Of a DNA stretch of 64,000 nt, positions 18,275-28,049 are shown in pieces. The DNA is from Dehalococcoidia bacterium (GTDB lineage: Bacteria; Chloroflexota; Dehalococcoidia; UBA2979). The notes beneath the pieces were generated by a model that saw only the letters and a program-made list of their open reading frames with translations, had not been told where the DNA came from and did not search any database. Position 1 is the stretch's first letter; each line of letters starts with the position of its first letter. The position numbers and the translations under genes are program-made. The stretch covers positions 1,024,001 through 1,088,000 of the forward strand of contig OZ253555.1 of NCBI GenBank assembly GCA_965262725.1. Direction: 5' to 3'.

Positions 18275-18500
18275 GCATGCTGTTGACCATCGCCCGCGAT
18301 GGCCGCAGGAGACGCCGACCGTCCGATTCTTCGACTCCGCCCACGCCGATCCCGGTGCCGGCCCTAACGAGTACGTCGTCATCACGCAGTTCCGGAGGAG
18401 CGTGGCGGCGTGGTCTGGCACACGGAGGGCGCAGGCAAAGTCGCCGACGATGCTCTGGCTTGCGACGTAGCTGCGCCGCTCCCCGGCGCTGAGGCAACAC
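18275..18500 (+). pseudogene. internally deleted hsdR relic paralogous to the hsdR at 47.4 kb
   Basis: QETPTVRFFD...NEYVV.TQF joined directly to sequence matching the GGVVWHT...MLWLAT region; frameshifts and an in-frame stop. Confidence 0.85.
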
Positions 18501-18507
18501 GATGCTA

Positions 18508-18546
18508 TGACCATTACGGTCACATGGGCAATCAATGTGCTATTAT
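18508..18546 (+). promoter_or_regulatory. palindromic operator TGACC-N5-GGTCA plus extended -10 (TGnTATTAT) of a probable leaderless promoter
   Basis: TGACCATTACGGTCA at 18,508-18,522; TATTAT at 18,541-18,546, 6 nt before ATG 18,553; no SD. Confidence 0.6.
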
Positions 18547-18552
18547 GGTCCC

Positions 18553-21500
18553 ATGCAAGAGTCTCCGCGGCGTCTAGCGCCTGAGGAAATCCGCGCGATC
18601 CGAGATCGTCTCGGACTCACGCAGGCGGAGGCTGGCGAACTGATCGGTGGAGGCCCGCGCGCGTTCACCAAATACGAGGCTGGGACGATCACTCCGACAG
18701 CCTCCGTGGATACGCTACTGCGCCTCTTGGACGCGAACCCCGCGACGATCCGGTTGCTGAGCTCTGGCAGAGCTCTTCCGCAAGCAGTCGTCATGCGTTT
18801 CCCGTTCGAAGCGGGAGCTTCAGATGTCGCCACACTGAACGAGCGGGAGTTGCCTGCTCTCCTGAGGCGCCTCCTCAGGGCAGAGGCAGTAGCTCACGGG
18901 GTCTCTCCCGCCGGAATCCACGTGGCCGAGAACATTCATGCCCCGGACGGGGGCGAGGACGGCCGCATTGACTGGCAGGGAGCGCCGGAGCGAACCAAGT
19001 TCCTTCCCGGCCGATTCGTCCAGTTCCAAGCCAAGGCCGGACCGATGTCACCGAGTGCCGCGGTTCAGGATGTCTTGGCGGCCAACGGCGACATAAGGGA
19101 CGCACTGCGGGCCGGACTCGCTCGGGGTGGGTACTACATCATGTTTTGCGGGCACCCCTACAACCGAAAGCAGATTCGGGAGCGAGAGGATCGGCTTCGG
19201 GCCACAGTGCGGAACGCCGGCGTGGCAATCGCCGCCGAGCAGGTCCGATTCTGGGATGCGGGCCAAATCGCTGAGTGGGCCACCTCCTACCCGTCGGTTG
19301 TTGTCTGGATCAAGGAGCGCACGTCTCCCGGCACCATCGGTCCTTTCCGGTCGTGGAGCCACTGGGCCACACGGAGCGAGCACGACCAGTCACTCTGGCT
19401 TGACGACGGCCGCTTGCCTGCTCTTAAGGGTCGACTACTTGAGTGCGTGACCAAGCAGCGGAGCGCCCTGCGCCTGGTGGGGCTTCCTGGTGTCGGCAAG
19501 TCGCGTCTCGTCCTCGAAGCACTCGGTCGAGAGATCGGGGCGGGTGACCACTCGCTCAGCGACTTTGTGCTCTACGCTGTCGAGTCCGAGGTCGGTTGGG
19601 AGACCGTCAGCAGGACCGTCCAGACGCTCGTTGACGACGGGCAGCGTGCGATCCTGGTCGTCGACGATTGCGAACCCCAGTCGCATGAGGTCCTCGTTCG
19701 AATGATCGTGCGAAAGGGCAGCCGCCTCTCTCTGGTCACGATCGATGATGAGATTCCCCGCGGAACGCTGGATCGGAGCACGTTCCTGGTGCCCGAGGCG
19801 CCGCCGGTCGTCACCGAGGGCATCATAGGTCAGCTCCTGCCTGGGCTGCCCTTCGAGGACGGGCAACGGCTGGCTCGCTTCTCTCGGGGCTTTCCGGGAC
19901 TCGCGATCCGCGTCGGGCACGTGTGGCTGGAATCTCGCCCCCTGGCCGATGCCGCCGACGAAGCTCTCGTCGGCGCCTTCGTGCTGGGTCGCAACAGGAG
20001 AGACAGCAAGTCTCTACTGAAGTCTGCGCAGCTGTTGGCCTCGTTCGGCCTAGTCGGAGTGAGAGATCGGCGGGAGCTGGAAGAACTCGCGGCGCTAGTG
20101 GGTAGCCTCAGCGCCGATGACTTCCATGCGGACTGCGCCACGCTCGCGGACCGCGGCGTCGCGAAGCGCCGGGGGGCAAGGGTCGCTCTGCAGTCGGGAC
20201 CGATCGCCTTCAAGTTGGCAGAGAGCCAGTGGCGAGAGTGGCCGCGGGACACGTGGGACTTGGTTCTCGCCGGCAGAATCGGTCCTGATCTGAAAAGGCA
20301 GGCTGCACGTCGACTTGCGGAACTCAACACCACGGATATCGCTGTGACGGTCGCCGAGCATGTCTGCAGGGTAGGCGGCCCTCTTGATGGGTTCCAGAAG
20401 GCGAGCGCGGAGGGCCACGGGGATGTCCTGTCGAGCCTCGCCGAGATCAGCCCGGAGATGGTCGGAGAGAGAATCGAGAGCGTCCTGGATGACGCCGCAG
20501 ATCTGGGCACGGTCGACGGCGACCTGCGCCGAGGCCTCGTACTGGCGCTCGAGAGGATCGCCTTTCACGCGAGGACCTTCGAGACCGGAGCGCTGCTCCT
20601 GCTACGTCTGGCAGTAGCTGAGACCGAGCCTTGGAGCAACAACGCGACGGGTCGATTCACCGAGCTCTTCCCCGTCCTGGAGGGCGGCACCGAGGCCGGC
20701 GGCAGCGCCAGGATCGCAGTTCTGGATGGATTGGCAGCCAGCAGCGACCCCACTCAACGTGCCATCGTCGTCGCGGCTCTCGCTGCCGGTTCAGAGACCG
20801 TCACCTTCCAGCGCACGCTCGGAGCCGAGTCCCACGGGACCCGGCCTGCCTTGGAGCCATGGTTTCCGCCCACGCGGAGGGATGCAACGGACTACATACG
20901 AGATTGTGTGACGCGTCTCGGGCATCTCGCTCAGTCGGATGACCCGGCGGGCGAGGCTGCGAGAGCTGCGCTCAGCAAAGGCCTCGGGGCATGGGTGCAG
21001 GAGGGCTTGCTCGATGTCGTGGAGAGTGTCGTTGGGCGAGTAGCTCCCGAGGTGGGCTATTGGCCTGCGGCAGCCGCGAGCCTGGGAGACTTGCTCACGG
21101 ATGGCATGGACGGCCTCGACCCGGACGCGCTCAACCGTATCGAGGCGCTGATCGGAACTCTCCAGCCGAGGACCATGGAAGCGCTCATCCGTGCTCGAAT
21201 CTCCACGGTTGCCCGCGACCCTCGGGAGGGCGAGGACATCGAGGCACAACACCAGCGCGCAGCTGGAGACGTTCGGGATCTGGCTAAAGAACTGATCGAC
21301 CAGCCGGCTCTGCTTGAGTCATACCTTCCTCGACTGAGCCGCGGTCACCACCAGATGGCGCGTGTATTCGGAGAGGCTGTCGCCGATCTCAGTCGCGGAT
21401 CCCCCGACTGGCTCCAGCGGTTCGAGGTGGCGGTCGCAGGGGTACCTGCGGGCGAGCGCAGCTTCGATCTCCTGTCAGGGTACGTCGGTTGGCTGCGCAC

Positions 21501-22554
21501 ACACCGTCCGGCCGTAGCCGACGCGTTCCAGCGGCGAGTGGCCGAGTCACGGGAGCTGGCGATCGCTCTTCCGGAGTTGTGCCTCTCTCCGGGGATCGCC
21601 ACGTCCGACATCCCGGTGGTGATCGCTGCCCTGGAATCCGGGCTGTTCCCGCCTTCGGGGCTGCGCTGTTGGGGCTTCGGCGGCGTGCTGCAGAAGCTGC
21701 CACCGGCAGCTGTCGCGCCCCTGTTTGACGCACTCCTCGACCAAGATGCCGAGGGGCTCGCCGTGGCCGCGGAGCTCATGGGGATGTACGCGTTCGGTCA
21801 GGTCGACGCACTCGACGCGCTGCGGCCTCAGGTCGTGAGGCTCGCCCGGAACGTCGGCGGCTGGCGCCGAGAGCCAAGTGAGCGGTCCGACTCTTACCAT
21901 CTCGAGCAGGTCATGGAGTGGATTCTCGCCAAGGGGAGGGCGGATCCGGATGCCACCGCCTCGGCCCTCGCCCTCGCGCGGGGACTGGTCACAGGGACGT
22001 TCGATGGCGCCCAGAGGGTTCGGCCCCTGATTCGAACGCTGTTGTCGGGATTCCCTGAGGTCGTTTGGCCACTCATCGGTCAGGCGATCGTGTCCGATCC
22101 GCAGGCAGCGCGGCGCGCGGAGCTGTGCCTCGGGGACTCGCCATCGTTCCGTCGAGGGCAACCCCCCATCCTCGATCTACCCGAGGACAGCCTGTTCGCG
22201 TGGTGTCACGCCCACCCGGACGCCGCTCCGGCGTGCGCGGCCAGGATCATCCCGGTACTGGACCCATTGGAACCCGTCCCCGACGAGCGCTCGTTACATC
22301 CGGTCATGGCGCGGTTGCTCGACGAGTTCGGAGACCGGGATGACGTGTTACGAGCAATTGAACTCAACGTCTACAACTTCGGTTGGTGGGGGTCGGTGAC
22401 AACCTATTTCCAGCAGTACGATCGTCCACTAGACACGTTGACGGAGCACCCGCGGCCTGAGGTGCGACGGTGGGCGAGATCAATGCTCAGGCAGCTCCAT
22501 GCCTCCATCGAGCAGGCCGGTGAGGAGGAAGAGGAGGCGCGATGGGACGTCTAG
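18553..22554 (+). CDS. MqsA-type HTH + restriction-endonuclease-like domain + STAND P-loop NTPase + helical repeats (Avs/NLR-like candidate)
   Basis: IRAIRDRLGLTQAEAGELIGGG..AFTKYEAG; PDGGEDG...FVQFQAK; Walker A GLPGVGKS; Walker B ILVVDDC; GFPGLA (GxP); long helical C-terminus. Confidence 0.82.
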   Translation: MQESPRRLAPEEIRAIRDRLGLTQAEAGELIGGGPRAFTKYEAGTITPTASVDTLLRLLDANPATIRLLSSGRALPQAVVMRFPFEAGASDVATLNERELPALLRRLLRAEAVAHGVSPAGIHVAENIHAPDGGEDGRIDWQGAPERTKFLPGRFVQFQAKAGPMSPSAAVQDVLAANGDIRDALRAGLARGGYYIMFCGHPYNRKQIREREDRLRATVRNAGVAIAAEQVRFWDAGQIAEWATSYPSVVVWIKERTSPGTIGPFRSWSHWATRSEHDQSLWLDDGRLPALKGRLLECVTKQRSALRLVGLPGVGKSRLVLEALGREIGAGDHSLSDFVLYAVESEVGWETVSRTVQTLVDDGQRAILVVDDCEPQSHEVLVRMIVRKGSRLSLVTIDDEIPRGTLDRSTFLVPEAPPVVTEGIIGQLLPGLPFEDGQRLARFSRGFPGLAIRVGHVWLESRPLADAADEALVGAFVLGRNRRDSKSLLKSAQLLASFGLVGVRDRRELEELAALVGSLSADDFHADCATLADRGVAKRRGARVALQSGPIAFKLAESQWREWPRDTWDLVLAGRIGPDLKRQAARRLAELNTTDIAVTVAEHVCRVGGPLDGFQKASAEGHGDVLSSLAEISPEMVGERIESVLDDAADLGTVDGDLRRGLVLALERIAFHARTFETGALLLLRLAVAETEPWSNNATGRFTELFPVLEGGTEAGGSARIAVLDGLAASSDPTQRAIVVAALAAGSETVTFQRTLGAESHGTRPALEPWFPPTRRDATDYIRDCVTRLGHLAQSDDPAGEAARAALSKGLGAWVQEGLLDVVESVVGRVAPEVGYWPAAAASLGDLLTDGMDGLDPDALNRIEALIGTLQPRTMEALIRARISTVARDPREGEDIEAQHQRAAGDVRDLAKELIDQPALLESYLPRLSRGHHQMARVFGEAVADLSRGSPDWLQRFEVAVAGVPAGERSFDLLSGYVGWLRTHRPAVADAFQRRVAESRELAIALPELCLSPGIATSDIPVVIAALESGLFPPSGLRCWGFGGVLQKLPPAAVAPLFDALLDQDAEGLAVAAELMGMYAFGQVDALDALRPQVVRLARNVGGWRREPSERSDSYHLEQVMEWILAKGRADPDATASALALARGLVTGTFDGAQRVRPLIRTLLSGFPEVVWPLIGQAIVSDPQAARRAELCLGDSPSFRRGQPPILDLPEDSLFAWCHAHPDAAPACAARIIPVLDPLEPVPDERSLHPVMARLLDEFGDRDDVLRAIELNVYNFGWWGSVTTYFQQYDRPLDTLTEHPRPEVRRWARSMLRQLHASIEQAGEEEEEARWDV

Positions 22555-22606
22555 CGCGCTCTAGGCCTACTCGATGAACAGGGTCTTGGTGTTCCCCCAC
22601 CCTCGT

Positions 22607-23151
22607 TCACTGCTTCGGGGCGTGGAGTCCGCGCGTGAGGGCGTCGACGCAGGCGAGCAGCGACCCCCCGTCGAGTTGTGCGAGCGGGCGCCCGTAGCGC
22701 TGCTCGACCCACCTATGGGTACGCGCCTCGTCCGATCCCGCGCTCGCAACGACCCCGAGCACGCGGCGCCGGAGCTCGTCCGGCCGCGCGCTGGCCCCGA
22801 ACGGGGCCGCATCGGTGGGCTCACTCCCGAGCCCGTTCCCGAAGCGCGCCCCGAAGTGCCGGAGCGCGCGCTTGAGCGCGTCGGTGGCGGCGGCCTTGAT
22901 GGCCACCGCGTGCGCCTCGGCGGTGTGGTCCGAGGCGACGGCGGTGCCGATGTCGCTGTGTGGCAGGCAGCCCCGGGCGGTGACCCGGACGGGGTCGCCG
23001 TGTAGATGGCGGCCGATAAGTCCGCCGCTCCCCCCGCTTCCGGCGTGAGGCGGCGGGTGACCTCCCCGACGAGCTCGGCGCCCCAGCGGTCGGCCCCGAA
23101 TGTCGCGTTCGCCTCCTCTATGGCCCGCCACCCCTCGAGGTAGCGGAGCAC
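22607..23151 (-). pseudogene. Rad52/Rad22-family ssDNA annealing protein, frameshifted near 23,000
   Basis: YLEGWRAIEEAN.TFG..RW in one frame; HSDIG...KAAATDALKRALRHFG..FGN in another. Confidence 0.8.
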
Positions 23152-23394
23152 CTCGCCGTCCCCGGTGGTGCGCTCGCCGCTTCACGACCGCCTGCGTCTC
23201 GCCGCGCTCGAGCGTCGCGGTCACGCGAGCGTGGCGTTCACGCTCGACACCTACGCGCACGTCCTGCCTGGGAATGATGCTCTGAATTGGCCCCACCTGG
23301 AGCCGTTTTGATCCTTTGAATTGGCCCCACCCCCGACCCATCCAGGACCTACGCTCGGGTGACTGCATGACTCCCGGAGCGAGGGAAGAGGAGT

Positions 23395-25029
23395 GTGTCG
23401 AGAGTGGAGCTGTTCGAGTCTATCCGACGGATGGCGAGGGAGGAGGAGCTGTCGATCCATGAGCTGGGACGCCGGCATGGCGTGCACCGGCGCACGGTGC
23501 GGCAGGCTCTTGGGTCGGCGATACCCCCGGAACGCAAGCAGGCGACCCGCGTGGCCCCGAAGCTCGGGCCGTACGTCTCGGTCATCCGGGGCTGGCTCGT
23601 GGACGACCTCAGCGCGCCGCGCAAGCAGCGGCACACGGCCCGGCGCATCTGGGAGCGCCTCGTCGACGAACACGGGGCGACGGTGGCCGAGCCCACGGTC
23701 CGCGCCTGCGTCGCGCGCCTGCGTCGCGAGATCCAGGGCGGGCGCGCGGTTGTGACGATCCCGCAGGTCCATCCTCCCGGCGAGGAGGCGGAGGTCGACT
23801 TCGGCACGGTGACGGTGTGGCTGGAGGGCGTCGAGACCCGGCTGGCGATGTTCGTGATGCGGCTCTCGCATTCGGGGCGGGCGGCGCACGTCTGCTTCGT
23901 CGGCGAGGGCCAGGAGTCTCTGCTCGAGGGGCACGTGGTCGCCTTCGAGCGGCTCGGCGGAGTGCCGCGGCGCATCCGCTACGACAATCTGACGGCGGCC
24001 GTCACCACCGTGCTGCAGGGACGCGAGCGCCTGCAGACCGAGCGCTTCATCGCGCTCCGCTCGCATTACGGCTTCGACAGCTTCTTCTGTGAGCCCGGCA
24101 TCGAGGGCGCGCACGAGAAGGGCGGTGTGGAGGGCGAGGTCGGCCGCTTCCGCCGGCGGCACTTCGTGCCGGTCCCGAAGGTGGCGACCCTCGGCGAGCT
24201 GAACGAACGAGTGCGGGAGGCGGACCGCACCGACGACGCCCGGCACATCGAGAGCCGCCTCGCCACCGTCGGCGAGATGGGAGAGAACGAGAAGGCCTCG
24301 CTGCGTCCGCTTCCGGCGGAGCGCTTCGACCCGTCAATCCCGCTGCGCGCGAAGGTCGACCGCAAGGCGCGCATCGCCGTGCGTAGCTCCCGCTACTCGG
24401 TCCCGGCGGCCTATGCAGGCCGGAAGCTGGACGTGCGGCTGTCCGGGAACAGCCTGACCGTGTGGGCCGAGGGGCGTGAAGTCGCCCACCACGAGCGCAG
24501 CGCCCGCACCGGAGCAGAGGTCCTGCTGCTCGACCACTATCTGGAGGTGCTCGCGCGCAAGCCCGGGGCGGTCCCGGGCTCGGTGGCGCTCCAGCAGGCG
24601 CGTGCGAAGGGACACGTCACAGCCGAGCATCAGCGCTTCTGGGACCGCGCCCGCCGCAAGCTCGGCGACCGCGCGGGCACGCAGGCGTACATCGAGGTCC
24701 TGCTCCTGCATCGCCATCTTCCCTTCACGGCGGTGCACGCCGCGCTCGGGACGGTCAACAGGATCCAGTCGGTGAACCCCGAACTGGTCGCCATCGAGGC
24801 GCGCCGTCTCGCCGACCGCAGGCCACCAGACGCCGCCGTCGAGAGACCGCACCTGGAGCGCTACGACCGACCTGCCCCGCTCCTCGATGGCTACGATGCG
24901 CTGCTCTCGGGTGATTCCCGATGGCCCGGCACGTCGCCGGGCGGGCGCTCCCGCGCTCCGCGGTCTGCCGAGAACGCGTCGCACACCACCACAACCGCCG
25001 TCACCGCTGCGGTGTCGACGGCACGCTGA
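23395..25029 (+). CDS. istA: IS21 transposase
   Basis: N-terminal HTH, EAEVDFG, RYDN, HEKGGVEGEVG (DDE). Confidence 0.95.
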   Translation: MSRVELFESIRRMAREEELSIHELGRRHGVHRRTVRQALGSAIPPERKQATRVAPKLGPYVSVIRGWLVDDLSAPRKQRHTARRIWERLVDEHGATVAEPTVRACVARLRREIQGGRAVVTIPQVHPPGEEAEVDFGTVTVWLEGVETRLAMFVMRLSHSGRAAHVCFVGEGQESLLEGHVVAFERLGGVPRRIRYDNLTAAVTTVLQGRERLQTERFIALRSHYGFDSFFCEPGIEGAHEKGGVEGEVGRFRRRHFVPVPKVATLGELNERVREADRTDDARHIESRLATVGEMGENEKASLRPLPAERFDPSIPLRAKVDRKARIAVRSSRYSVPAAYAGRKLDVRLSGNSLTVWAEGREVAHHERSARTGAEVLLLDHYLEVLARKPGAVPGSVALQQARAKGHVTAEHQRFWDRARRKLGDRAGTQAYIEVLLLHRHLPFTAVHAALGTVNRIQSVNPELVAIEARRLADRRPPDAAVERPHLERYDRPAPLLDGYDALLSGDSRWPGTSPGGRSRAPRSAENASHTTTTAVTAAVSTAR

Positions 25030-25045
25030 CCACAGGAGGCACCCG

Positions 25046-25828
25046 ATGACAGCACCCCTCACCGACCAGGCCGCGGAGCTGACGATCGAGGCGATCTGCC
25101 GTGAGCTCCGTCTCCCCACCGTCAGGAAGCAGGCGCTCCCGCTCGCCGAAGCCGCGGTCCGAGACCGGATCACCCATCTGGGCTATCTCGCCGAAGTGCT
25201 GGGAGCCGAACGCGATGACCGTGAGGAGCGGCGCCGTCAGCGCCGTATCGTCGAGGCGCGGTTCCCGCGTTTCAAGTACCTCGCCGACTTCGACCTCGAG
25301 GCGGCGCCGACAGTCGACGCGCCGGCGCTCGCCACGCTGGAGCGCTGCGACTGGGTCGAAAGGGGCGAGCCCGTCGTCCTGCTCGGTGACAGCGGCACCG
25401 GGAAGTCACACCTGCTCATCGGCCTCGGCATGGCCGCCTGCCACCTGGGGCTGCGCGTGCGGTACATGACCACGGCCGCCCTGGTGAATGAACTGGCCGA
25501 AGCGTCGGATGATCGCGCGCTCTCACGCCTCGTCGCCCGCTACGGCCGCCTCGACCTGCTCTGCCTGGATGAGTTCGGGTACGTCCACCTCGACCCGCGC
25601 GGTGCCGAAATGCTGTTCCAGATCCTGACCGAGCGCGAGGAACGGGCATCGGTCGCCGTCGCCTCCAACTCCCCGTTCTCCGAGTGGGGCCGCATCTTCA
25701 CCGACCCTCGTCTCGCCGCGGCCGTCGTTGACCGCCTCACCTACCGTGCCCATATCATCGAGACCGGCACCGGGTCCTACCGGCTCCGGGCCTCGACCTC
25801 CCCGAGAGGAGGTGCCCCAACGACCTGA
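25046..25828 (+). CDS. istB: IS21 helper AAA+ ATPase
   Basis: GDSGTGKSHL, LLCLDEFGY, SN.PFSEW, AAVVDRL, SYR; GGAGG upstream. Confidence 0.95.
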   Translation: MTAPLTDQAAELTIEAICRELRLPTVRKQALPLAEAAVRDRITHLGYLAEVLGAERDDREERRRQRRIVEARFPRFKYLADFDLEAAPTVDAPALATLERCDWVERGEPVVLLGDSGTGKSHLLIGLGMAACHLGLRVRYMTTAALVNELAEASDDRALSRLVARYGRLDLLCLDEFGYVHLDPRGAEMLFQILTEREERASVAVASNSPFSEWGRIFTDPRLAAAVVDRLTYRAHIIETGTGSYRLRASTSPRGGAPTT

Positions 25829-26208
25829 TCCCGGTCCCCGGGGGTGGGGCCAGATCAGAGGATCAAAGTGGGGCCAGATGTAAGCATCATTCCCACCTGC
25901 CCGATCAGCAGCGCGAGGCTGCGGATCTGATGGACTCGGTGTTGCCCCAGGTGGGTCGGCTCGCGCAGTAGTGACTCGTCGTCCGGGTGACGAACTTGGC
26001 TTGCGACGAGTGGTCATGGCGGGCTGGGTGTACAAGACGCGTGGCTCCGGAGAGATCGGCTACTGAGACTATGGATGGCCCTGAGACGAGATAGGGAACG
26101 CCACTACTGATTCACAGCGAGGATTCCTGCCCGACGCTCTGCTGCGCCACGATAAGCTCCGCAACGTGACCACCGGGGCAGCAGCGGCGCGCGACGAGGG
26201 GACTCACC

Positions 26209-27012
26209 ATGGCGATCTGGGAGCTGATCGTGGATGCGCTCAAGGGCGCGTACGACGAGGGCCGGACCTGGCTCGGAAGCGGTGAGATAGCGCACGCCGT
26301 GGAGGCGATCGCGCCCGGCACAAACCTCGGGAGCGTTCGCCACAACGTGAGATTTCATTGCATCAACGACCCGAGCAAGGAGCACTCCCCTGGCCTGCGC
26401 TACCTGAAGACCCCGCTCCTCATCACCGATGACCCGACGATGCACGGGAAGCGCTACCGACTGCTCACGGAAGCGGAGCGACGCACGTTCCTGGACCAGC
26501 CACGGGATGACCTCGAGCAGTACAGCTATACCCAGGTCCTGGAGTGGCTTCGAGATCCCTCAGCGGGCCTGGCGCCGGTGGGAGGCGGCGGCAACGCCGA
26601 TCCTGAGCCCGGTGACGAGCTCGGGGGCGTAGCCCTACTCGAGCTGCACCTGCAGGACTATCTCTTCCGCAACTGGAAGCAACACTTCCCTCACCTGGAG
26701 CTCTTCGAGGGGGCGCGGGGGCGAGAATTCATCACGTCCGACCCCGGCGTGGGTACGATCGACTTCCTCTGCACGGACCGCGAGGGAAACTTCGTCGTCA
26801 TCGAGACGAAGCGCGATCAGCCGGACCGGCGGGCGATCGGACAGATCCTCGGATACATGGGCTGGGTCCAGACTAGGCTGGCGAAGGGACGGCGGGTGAG
26901 CGGCATGTTGGTAGCGGGCTCGGGTTCGGACTCCCTGCGAATGGCGATCGCCGTCGTACCCAACCTCGAGCTCTGGGTCTACGAGCTGTCGTTCTCGCTT
27001 CATCGTGAATAG
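26209..27012 (+). CDS. NucS/DUF91-like PD-(D/E)xK endonuclease with an N-terminal putative DNA-binding domain
   Basis: E..LQDYL..NW, GREF, IDFL..D...FVVIETKR, GQILGYMGWV. Confidence 0.85.
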   Translation: MAIWELIVDALKGAYDEGRTWLGSGEIAHAVEAIAPGTNLGSVRHNVRFHCINDPSKEHSPGLRYLKTPLLITDDPTMHGKRYRLLTEAERRTFLDQPRDDLEQYSYTQVLEWLRDPSAGLAPVGGGGNADPEPGDELGGVALLELHLQDYLFRNWKQHFPHLELFEGARGREFITSDPGVGTIDFLCTDREGNFVVIETKRDQPDRRAIGQILGYMGWVQTRLAKGRRVSGMLVAGSGSDSLRMAIAVVPNLELWVYELSFSLHRE

Positions 27013-27066
27013 CGCACGGCTCCGGAATCCGGGGCGGCGGGGCATGGTCGGAGAGCGCGGGCTCGC

Positions 27067-27816
27067 CTACGCATCCGCGTTCGCGCGCATGTCGCTTCCA
27101 CTCGCGTAGTCTTCGAGTGCGCGGGCCAGACGGGCGGACGCCTCTTCGAATCGAGGGTACGTCTCGACCCATTCCCTCTCGAAGGCCTCGATCCGTGCGC
27201 TGTGTCCCTGTGGCGCGGTGCCAGACGGCGGTGTGTACTTCGCCACCATCGCATAGAGTTTCTGCAGTTCGGCACGCCACGCTCGAACCTCTCCTCGGAG
27301 GGAGGCGCTCGACACCGGAGAGAGAACAACGTCGACGTGCCGCTCGCTGGTTGGCTGTTGCGCAAGTTCGTCCTGGACCCGCTGCATGCGAGCGATGAGC
27401 TCCTCTCGCATGGCGCCATCTGTCGCCTTGGTTGCGATCAGGAAGTGAGCGGACTGGATGGAGAGCACGGCCGCACTCACCGATCGTCGCAGTGCCTCGA
27501 CCTGCGCACGTCGATCACCGAGGACTTGCTCGCGCCCCATGGCCTCCAGTTGATGCCGGTGCTGGATCTCGATGCGCGAGCGCTCGTTCTCGGCGCTTGC
27601 GGCCTGCGACCACCTCGCGTGCCAGAGGTTGAGTATCGCCACGACGACGGTGCCCGTTATTCCGATCGCGCCCGTCACAGCCGCAGCGGAGTCCCGATCG
27701 GATCGAGCAGACAGGATGATCCCCGTCACGGCCACGAGGAGCGCCGCGCCCGTCAGGGACACAAAGAGCTTGCCGGACATGCGCGCCGGACTATACATCG
27801 CCCGCCGCTCGGTCAC
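27067..27816 (-). CDS. hypothetical two-TM protein with helical C-terminus
   Basis: Two hydrophobic helices followed by a coiled-coil-like region. Confidence 0.6.
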   Translation of the reverse strand: MTERRAMYSPARMSGKLFVSLTGAALLVAVTGIILSARSDRDSAAAVTGAIGITGTVVVAILNLWHARWSQAASAENERSRIEIQHRHQLEAMGREQVLGDRRAQVEALRRSVSAAVLSIQSAHFLIATKATDGAMREELIARMQRVQDELAQQPTSERHVDVVLSPVSSASLRGEVRAWRAELQKLYAMVAKYTPPSGTAPQGHSARIEAFEREWVETYPRFEEASARLARALEDYASGSDMRANADA

Positions 27817-28049
27817 CGATCACGACCGCCGCCGCGCCCCGGCTTCGCGGCGCTCGGCGACCCCGAGGAAGCTGTCGCGGGCGGTGCGGCCGCAGCTCGA
27901 GGACCACAGGGTGGCCGCGAGGGCTTGAGCGCATCGCGCCGCACCCGGGCGGCTAGGGCGTGCCGATAGGGATCGTAGACTTCCAGGTCTTCGAGCCCGC
28001 TGAGGGCTCCCGGCTCTTGGTTCGCGAGGTTACTCGGAGGGAGAGACTG

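Larger units (their letters stand above)
23269..25895 (+). mobile_element. complete IS21-family element (2,627 bp) with 6-bp TSD CCTGCC
   Basis: Terminal IRs begin TGGGAATGATGCT, with internal TGGCCCCAC repeats at both ends; CCTGCC at 23,263-23,268 and 25,896-25,901; istA-istB inside. Confidence 0.95.
23200..25971 (+). pseudogene. tyrosine integrase C-terminal relic split by IS21
   Basis: Removing the IS and one TSD copy restores GHASVAFTLDTYAHVLPDQQREAADLMDSVL...stop. Confidence 0.8.
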
